A stretch of 64,000 bases of DNA from Veleropilina oligotropha (taxonomy: Eukaryota), in NCBI GenBank assembly GCA_048128005.1, contig JBEUKZ010000047.1, positions 1 to 64,000 of the forward strand. Direction: 5' to 3'. The position numbers and the translations under genes were made by a program. Shown piece after piece: positions 56,367 through 64,000 of the stretch. Every line of letters starts with the position of its first letter. The first letter of the stretch is position 1. The notes under the pieces were generated by a model. The model worked only from the letters and a program-made list of their open reading frames with translations. It did not search any database and was not told the DNA's origin.

Positions 56367-56708
56367 TTATAAGTCCATAAACAGATGGAGGAGGTTTATG
56401 GTACCATTGAGTGCTAGCCTTGCTAGATGGTCTGCGAACCCCCGATCTCGGATTCCTAGCTTTCTCAAGGTTCGCGAGTTGTCAGCTGTCCATCCTACCC
56501 GACAGCCGACAGCCAGTCCACATACTGTGACTGATTCAGCACCAAAACGGTCTTTGATTTGATCCACCAGATGTGCATATTTCCGTACCTTCTCAGCATT
56601 TGCTATGCAGAGTGAACGGCCGGATTCATACACAACAGTCGGATCAATGACCATTGCTGTGCCCTCTTTTGTCATAACCCGGTCAGGCTTCCAGTTCCTT
56701 CCAGTTTC
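56367..56708 (-). mobile_element. R2-like unit 4, C-terminal endonuclease part, cut by LINE copy 8
   Basis: KPDRVMTKEGTAMVIDPTV..LLHLFMDL*; followed on the - strand by the same 480-bp spacer. Confidence 0.92.
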
Positions 56709-58870
56709 CCCCCCAGTCGGTTAGGGGTTAGAATATGCTGACTGCTCTCCCTGCAGAGGGGTAAGATCCCCCCAAATGGGAGCCACCTGTTTGCCGTGGG
56801 TGGCGACCCGTGATGTTGGAGAAGAGGATCCTGGTAGTTGAGCTTCGGCCTCGGCTGAAGCAACACACTACTTTGGCCTCGGATTCAGCTAGACGGGAGG
56901 TCAGATAGGCCCTATCTGATCAATCGGCTTGTCACGCCGTGCCCTGGGATAATTTAAATATAACATTTAATATATTACACACTAACACCTTAATTCATTT
57001 AATACAATAGATCATATAACATCCATTGATCTATATCCCAGAAGGCGGTGGCTGAAGGGTCAATCAAGTGAGGAATGAATGGTGGGATATACACTTCCCA
57101 CCACTAATATTCGTTCTCTTATTTGAGTATATCACCCGGGTATCCCTGGCATTGGGTGCTGGAACTCCGCACCCATTAAATGCCCCCTTGTTGGGCTCCG
57201 GGGTGGGCGGGGACCTCAGGTGATGAAACACTAAAACACACAATATGGCACACCACACTCACGCAGTTAAAAGGCGTAAAAATAAAAATGAAAATTATTC
57301 TGATGACGATGACGATGCTAAGTTCATGGCCGCTTTCCGGTCTCCCCCTTTCGATCCTGAGAGAGAGGCACCGTATCAACCTAATCCTCCTCCACCTGTA
57401 CCGGAAAGTTGGCTCCGTTTCTTGACGATCGAGGCACTTAACTCAAATAATCCAATTACTTCTTTGAGTCCCTTCGCCATCTCCAAGGCCATCCTTGGTT
57501 TTGCTGGCGAACCTCGATCAGTCAAGAAACTTCGAGATGGCACCCTACTGGTCGAATGCGCCAGGAAGAGCCATGCGGAGAATCTCCTTCGAACAGATAC
57601 ATTTGTAAACATCCCCGTAGAAATCAGACCGCATCGGTCCTTGAACACCTCCAAGGGCGTTATTAGATCTAGGGATCTGCAGGGATGCAGCGAACAGGAA
57701 CTGCTGGAAGGCATGAAGAGTCAGGGTGTAACTAAGGTTACACGCCTGACCATGTTTAAAGATGGAAAGAAGATCCCCATCAATACCATCATCCTGGACT
57801 TCCGCCTTCCTGTTCTACCTAGAACCGTTAAAGCAGGTTATATAATCATCCCTGTTGAGCCCTACATCCCAAACCCCTTGAGATGCTTCAAATGCCAGGC
57901 ATTTGGGCATCACAAGGATCGATGCAAAAGGAACTCCGCATGTGCTCGTTGCAGCGAGGAGGGTCACGAGTCTGACTCTTGCTCTAATCCACCTATGTGT
58001 TGCAATTGCAGGGGTAAGCATTTCGCTTACTCCAAGGACTGCCCGAAGTGGAAGCATGAGAAAGAGATCCAAAGGGTCCCAATTAAGGACCCAATTAAGC
58101 TGCATAATCGCTTTGATAATCTGATGGATACCATCGAACCATCAGATGACCAAAGCGATCCTGACACCATCATCAATGACCTTGCCGCTGACATAGTTGC
58201 TGCTGCTACTGAGAAGGGCAGGAAGACAGCAGCAGCAGCAGCTGAAGTAAAGCTAAACCGACAGACTAAGGTGGTGGATGATCCACCCCTACCACCACCG
58301 TCTGTCGAAGATCCATTGGATGACAGTAAATCATTGGATCGGCCAGCGGCAAAGCCCATACCTTCAAAAAAGCCCGTACCTCCACCAATCAAATAGTAAA
58401 TTATAGCAAAGCACGAATTACTTACATAAATACACCAACAACACAACATGACAGGTACACTAATACAATGGAATTGTAGAGGCATTAAACCGAATATTGA
58501 TGAGATCAATTTACTTATACAAGACCACAAACCAATAGCATTTTGTCTCAATGAAACTTACATGAAACTCACAGACAACATACGCATTAAAGATCATTCA
58601 CTATATAATCACATTGTTACCACAGGTGACAAGGCTACAGGGGGGGTTTCAATCATCATCAACAACAAAACACCACACAGCCAGGTCAACTTAAACACCA
58701 ACTTACAGGCAGTAGCAGTGAAAATATCAACTCACCGAGTGATAACCATTTGCTCGGTATACTTACCACCTAGCATAAACATACATCCTACTGACCTTGA
58801 CGATCTCATCGATCAGCTACCGACCCCTTTTGTACTGTGTGGCGATTTTAACGCCCATAGTACCGATTGG
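56709..58870 (+). mobile_element. I/Nimb LINE copy 8, 5' part (ORF1 with internal deletion, APE start); resumes at 63667
   Basis: 5' motif present; interrupted at GDFNAHSTDW; TSD ATAGTACCGATTGG at 58857-58870. Confidence 0.93.
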
Positions 58871-61800
58871 ATGCTGTAATTGCAGGGGTAAGCACTTCGC
58901 TTACTCCAAGGACTGCCCAAAGTGGAAGCATGAGAAAGAGATCCAGAGGGTCAAAACCATCGACCGGATCTCTTTCCCTGATGCCCGGAAACTGGTTGAA
59001 TCCAGGACTACTTTGGGTAGATCCTACGCAGCAATTGCTACAGCAACGGAGCAGAGGCCTGTCACTCGATCCTCTTCGACTCAAACGGATATCACCTGGC
59101 CATCTGGTGAAGCGTTCTTCAGTACTTTGCCATCTCGAAATAAACCATCTTCGTCATCACTATCAGAATCATCATCTCAAACTGTCAAATCAATAATTAC
59201 ATCTATCAAAACTACTAAACCTAACAAACCTACTCGCAACTCTACAAAAGAGGCTGCTGCTGCTCGCAAAGCAGCAACCTCTAAAAAACAAACACTTAAG
59301 CCAAACAGACAGCCCAAAGGGTCCGAGGACCCAATTAAGCTGCATAATCGCTTTGGTCACCTTATGGACACTAATGAACCATCAGATGACCAAATTGATA
59401 ATAATAATACTGATACCACTATTGAGGACCTCGCGGCGGAAATCGTTGCTGCTGCCACAAATGGTGGGAGAGAGGCAGCAGCGAAATTAAACCGGCAGAC
59501 GAAGGAGAGCCCAGAACCACCTGAGCTGCTTCCTGCTGCCAACGATCCAATGGAAAGCGATCAGCCATTGGACCGCCAGCACAAACCGAAACCTGCCATA
59601 AAGCCCGTACTTCCACCGAATAAATAGGCAAATTTAAGCATAACATTACAAACAAACATCTTAATACACACACCATTAAACCAACATGTCAGGCACAATA
59701 ATACAATGGAATTGTAGAGGCATTAAACCGAATATTGATGAGATAAGTCTATTAATTCAAGAACACAAACCAATAGCATTATGTCTTAATGAAACATTCA
59801 TGAAACTCACAGACAACATACGCATCAAAAAGCACTCACTATACAACCACATTGTCACCACAGGTGACAAGGCTACAGGGGGGGTTTCAATCATAATCAA
59901 CAACAAAACACCACACAGTCAGGTCAACTTAAACACCAATTTACAGGCAGTAGCAGTGAAAATATCGACACACAGAGTAATAACTATCTGCTCAGTATAC
60001 TTACCACCTAGTGCAAATTTACGACCTACTGACCTTGACGATCTCATCGATCAGTTACCGACCCCATTTGTGCTGTGTGGCGATTTTAACGCCCACAGTA
60101 CCGATTGGGGCGGTACTGACACAGATAAACGGGGACATCAAATAGAGGACTTTATTGGGAGACACAATTTGTGTCTATTTAACACAACCAAATCGCCAAC
60201 ATACATGCATCCACCTACAGGCTCACTTACCACCATTGACCTTACTATGTGCGACCCATCTGCTTTCCTGGACTTTACTTGGAAAGTTGGTGAGGACCTC
60301 CGCGGAAGCGACCACTTTCCAATTTTCCTGGAAAGCACAATCAATCAAGCACAAGAACATACAAAAAGGTGGAAACTTCGCAAAGCAGATTGGGGGAAAT
60401 TCCAATCTCTTTGCGAAGAGCAATTACACTCTAATCAATTCACTCATGGCGAAGACCCAATATCAAGTTTCTCTACAACACTACATGACATTGCAACACT
60501 CTCAATTCCAAAGACCTGTCCAAATGCCAAGCACAAAAATAAACCTTGGTTTAATGAAGACTGCAGACAAGCAATCAAAGCACGCATACACGCAATTTCA
60601 ACATTTAAACAGCACCCAACACTACAAAATCTTAATAGCTTTAGGCTATTAAGAGCACAAGCCAGACGTACCATCAAGCACAGCAAAAGGGAATCTTGGC
60701 ATTCCTACGTTACCAAACTAAACTCTCGTTCCACTATTAAAAAAACATGGGATATGATCCGTAAAATTAGTGGCAAACATACACCCAACTGCATCAAGCA
60801 CCTTAAAACAAACACATCAGAAGCAACCACAGCTAAAGACATTGCAAACACATTGGCAGATACCTTTTCTGCCAATTCATCATCCGCCAACTGCACTCCA
60901 AAATTCAGCCGTTTTAAGCATCAGAAAGAAAAAACAAGGCTCAATTTTAGATCCAACAATACCGAGTCATACAATCAGCCATTTTCACACAAGGAACTCA
61001 CAGATTCACTAAATAAGGCAAATGACACATCAGTTGGCCCTGATGACATTCACTATCAATTACTTAAGCACTTACCTGCAACATCATTTACAACTCTACT
61101 TGCAATATTCAATACTATCTGGGAAACGGGAACCTTCCCTCCCTCGTGGAGGGAAGCTATTATTATCCCAATTGCAAAGGCGGGAAAAGATACATCACAT
61201 CCCAACAGTTATCGACCCATAGCCCTGACGAGTTGCATTTGTAAAACCATGGAAAGGATGATAAACGAGAGATTAGTTTGGTACTTAGAATCAAATAATT
61301 TACTTACAGAATATCAATGTGGGTTCCGGCGCAACCGGAGCACCACAGATCACTTGGTACGTCTGGAAACTTTTGTTCGTGAGGCCTTCCTAAACAGACA
61401 ACATTTAGTTGCTGTTTTTTTCGATCTAGAGAAGGCCTACGACACTACTTGGAAGTACGGGATTATGAATGATTTGTTTGATTTTGGTTTAAAGGGCCAC
61501 TTGCCCAATTTTATTTCGAAATTCCTTGAGGATAGAAATTTTAACGTTAAGGTGGGTGACACCCTCTCCGATATCCACGACCAGGAGATGGGTGTCCCTC
61601 AAGGAAGTATTTTATCAGTCACCCTATTCAGTATTAAGATCAACAGTATCGTCAAATGTATTAGTACTGGCACTGACTGTTCATTGTTTGTTGACGATTT
61701 TGGCATTTGCTATCGTTCAACAAATATGAACAGTATAGAACGCCAGCTACAACATGGCCTAAATAAATTACAGATATGGTCCGATGAGAATGGATTCAAA

Positions 61801-63666
61801 TTCTCAAAGGACAAAACTAAATGCATGCACTTCTGCCAGCGTCGTGAAATACATGACGACCCTGTGTTAAAGCTGGATGACTTTGAGATTCCAGTGGTAG
61901 ATCAATTTAAATTTTTAGGCCTTATATTTGACCGAAAACTGTCTTTCATACCTCATTTAAAATACATCAAAGCCAAATGTAAAAAGGCTTTAAATATAAT
62001 GAAAGTAGTTTCTAATACTGAATGGGGTGCTGATAAAAAAGTTTTATTACGCCTTTACAGATCATTAATTAGATCAAAACTTGATTATGGGAGCATAGTA
62101 TATGGCTCTGCTCGCCATTCATATCTTAAAATGCTTGATCCAATCCATAATCAAGGGCTTCGACTTGCACTAGGGGCTTTCCGCACATCACCCATGGAAA
62201 GCCTTTATGTCGAAGCCAATGAACCATCTCTTACACACAGACGTGAAAAATTATCACTGCAATATGCAATCAAATTAAAATCACACCCAACTAACCCAGC
62301 TTTCGAAACCGTATTTACACCTAATTACGAAAATTTATTTCTGGCAAAACCAAACAAAATTGCGCCATTCGGCATTCGCATAAAACCTGCACTAGAAAGC
62401 TCTGGCATACATGTAGCTCAAATTAGAACAATTTACATTCCGGATACTCCCCCATGGACACTTAGGGTGCCGGAAATTGACCTACATCTTACATCACTAA
62501 AAAAATCAAACACAGACACATCAGACTATCTCATAAAAGTGCACGATCTGAAATTAAAATATTCGGATCGTGCAAGCATATACACAGATGGTTCAAAAGA
62601 TGCAGAATTAGTAGGAGCAGCCGCTGTCGCTGGCAGACAATGTTTTCAAAACCGTCTGCCAGGCAGCGCGACTATATTTACTGCAGAATTGAAGGCAATC
62701 GAGCTTGCGCTCAATTTTATCTCAATGAGTAATAGCAAGCGTTTTATTATCTATTCAGACTCCCTCTCTAGCTTACAGGCATTGAGGGGGGTGAATAGAA
62801 ACCCTATTATTTTAGATATTTTAATTAAATATAATCACCTTTTACCGGATAATGACATTATTTTATGCTGGATACCGAGCCATATCGGTATCCAGGGTAA
62901 CGAGAAGGCTGACCAAGCTGCCAAGGCAGCCTCGCATTTTAACCATACACTAAATTGTAAACTGCCTCATATTGATTTTAAACAAAGCATAAACAAATAC
63001 ATAAATTCTACTTGGCAGCACTCTTGGAGTGAATGCACAAGGAATAAACTGCAGAATGTCCAACCTCTACTTGGCGAATGGGGCCCCTCTTGCAGACCAA
63101 CGCGGCGAGAGGAGGTGGTCTTGGCCAGACTGAGGATTGGGCATTCGCACTACACTCACTCCTACTTGCTTAAAGGGGAGCCTCCACCGGAGTGTATTCC
63201 TTGTGCAACTGCCCTAACAATTAAACATATATTATTGGATTGTGTCGATTTGGATCTCACACGCCAAAAGTACTTTAGGGCAAGCTCACTCCAAGAGTTA
63301 TTTCAATTCACTAAGCTCGAATTAATATTTGAGTTTTTAAAACAAGTAAATATTTTCTACAAGTTATAATTTTATATTTTTATTTCACAATTTTATATCT
63401 TGTTTTATTATTATACTTGTTTTTATCAACCTTTTTATTATTTCACAATTTTGGTATTTTATTGCTTTTATTGTATTTTACCCAAATTTGCAATGGCTTT
63501 ATTTTATTTGGAGAATATTGATTCGTTTTATTTGCACCTTTTTTATTTTTATCAGTATGTAATCCAACTTTTAACATTTTATATTAAATTTTTATCTAGT
63601 TAAATTGACCGACCCGATTATGACCATATAGTGTCGGCGTGGTCGTTAAACAATAATTCAAATCAA
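58871..63666 (+). mobile_element. I/Nimb LINE copy 9, 5'-truncated in ORF1, nested in copy 8
   Basis: 14-bp TSD ATAGTACCGATTGG (58857-58870, 63667-63680); TCAAA tail. Confidence 0.95.
59686..63369 (+). CDS. Intact LINE ORF2 polyprotein: APE endonuclease, reverse transcriptase, RNase H, C-terminal Cys/His motif (1227 aa)
   Basis: Uninterrupted ORF with all catalytic motifs: WNCRG, GDFNAH, SDH; FFDLEKAYD, GVPQGS, FVDD; YTDGS, AEL, SDSLS, GNEKAD; CIPC..HILLDC. Confidence 0.95.
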   Translation: MSGTIIQWNCRGIKPNIDEISLLIQEHKPIALCLNETFMKLTDNIRIKKHSLYNHIVTTGDKATGGVSIIINNKTPHSQVNLNTNLQAVAVKISTHRVITICSVYLPPSANLRPTDLDDLIDQLPTPFVLCGDFNAHSTDWGGTDTDKRGHQIEDFIGRHNLCLFNTTKSPTYMHPPTGSLTTIDLTMCDPSAFLDFTWKVGEDLRGSDHFPIFLESTINQAQEHTKRWKLRKADWGKFQSLCEEQLHSNQFTHGEDPISSFSTTLHDIATLSIPKTCPNAKHKNKPWFNEDCRQAIKARIHAISTFKQHPTLQNLNSFRLLRAQARRTIKHSKRESWHSYVTKLNSRSTIKKTWDMIRKISGKHTPNCIKHLKTNTSEATTAKDIANTLADTFSANSSSANCTPKFSRFKHQKEKTRLNFRSNNTESYNQPFSHKELTDSLNKANDTSVGPDDIHYQLLKHLPATSFTTLLAIFNTIWETGTFPPSWREAIIIPIAKAGKDTSHPNSYRPIALTSCICKTMERMINERLVWYLESNNLLTEYQCGFRRNRSTTDHLVRLETFVREAFLNRQHLVAVFFDLEKAYDTTWKYGIMNDLFDFGLKGHLPNFISKFLEDRNFNVKVGDTLSDIHDQEMGVPQGSILSVTLFSIKINSIVKCISTGTDCSLFVDDFGICYRSTNMNSIERQLQHGLNKLQIWSDENGFKFSKDKTKCMHFCQRREIHDDPVLKLDDFEIPVVDQFKFLGLIFDRKLSFIPHLKYIKAKCKKALNIMKVVSNTEWGADKKVLLRLYRSLIRSKLDYGSIVYGSARHSYLKMLDPIHNQGLRLALGAFRTSPMESLYVEANEPSLTHRREKLSLQYAIKLKSHPTNPAFETVFTPNYENLFLAKPNKIAPFGIRIKPALESSGIHVAQIRTIYIPDTPPWTLRVPEIDLHLTSLKKSNTDTSDYLIKVHDLKLKYSDRASIYTDGSKDAELVGAAAVAGRQCFQNRLPGSATIFTAELKAIELALNFISMSNSKRFIIYSDSLSSLQALRGVNRNPIILDILIKYNHLLPDNDIILCWIPSHIGIQGNEKADQAAKAASHFNHTLNCKLPHIDFKQSINKYINSTWQHSWSECTRNKLQNVQPLLGEWGPSCRPTRREEVVLARLRIGHSHYTHSYLLKGEPPPECIPCATALTIKHILLDCVDLDLTRQKYFRASSLQELFQFTKLELIFEFLKQVNIFYKL

Positions 63667-64000
63667 ATAGTACCGATTGGGGCGGTACTGACACTGATAA
63701 ACGGGGACATCAAATAGAGGACTTTATTGGGAGACACAATATGTGTCTATTTAATACTACCAAATCGCCAACATACATGCATCCACCTACAGGCTCACTT
63801 ACCACCATTGACCTTACCATGTGCGACCCATCTGCTTTCCTGGACTTTACTTGGAAAGTTGGTGAGGACCTCCGCGGAAGCGACCACTTTCCAATTTTCC
63901 TGGAAAGCACAATTAACCAAGCACAAGAACACACTGAAAGGTGGAAACTTCACAAAGCAGATTGGGGGAAATTCCAATCTCTTTGTGAAGACCAATTACA
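63667..64000 (+). mobile_element. Continuation of LINE copy 8 (APE region), runs off the window
   Basis: Resumes exactly at the duplicated target. Confidence 0.93.

Noticed and set aside
36711..56708. 28S/18S rDNA flanks expected for R2/R8
   Set aside because: No recognisable rRNA sequence (e.g. CTCTCTTAAGGTAGCCAAATGCC) was found by eye in the window.

Overview
This is animal (probably lophotrochozoan/mollusc-like, inferred from repeat content) heterochromatin-type DNA made almost entirely of nested transposable elements. No ordinary host gene and no rDNA are visible. Bases 1-1435 are a (TA)n microsatellite containing a library PCR adapter (AAGCAGTGGTATCAACGCAGAGTACT). Bases 1.4-33 kb hold degraded DNA transposons: a TA-flanked MITE; a THAP+DDE Harbinger/ISL2EU-type gene split by an 8-bp-TSD element carrying a Crypton-type tyrosine recombinase; a Sola2-like element; a Kolobok-like transposase paired with a P2X7-ballast-like gene; Helentron-type HINEs and SINE remnants. 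Nine copies or segments of one I/Nimb-clade LINE (gag-knuckle ORF1; APE-RT-RNase H ORF2) all lie on the + strand, and one ORF2 is intact (59686-63369). The most striking structure is at 36.7-56.7 kb: a head-to-tail array of at least four R2-A-like retrotransposons (3 zinc fingers, Myb, RT, restriction-like endonuclease) on the - strand. They are separated by near-identical 480-bp spacers with no 28S rDNA but with a candidate HDV-like ribozyme, and the array has been invaded repeatedly by the LINE.
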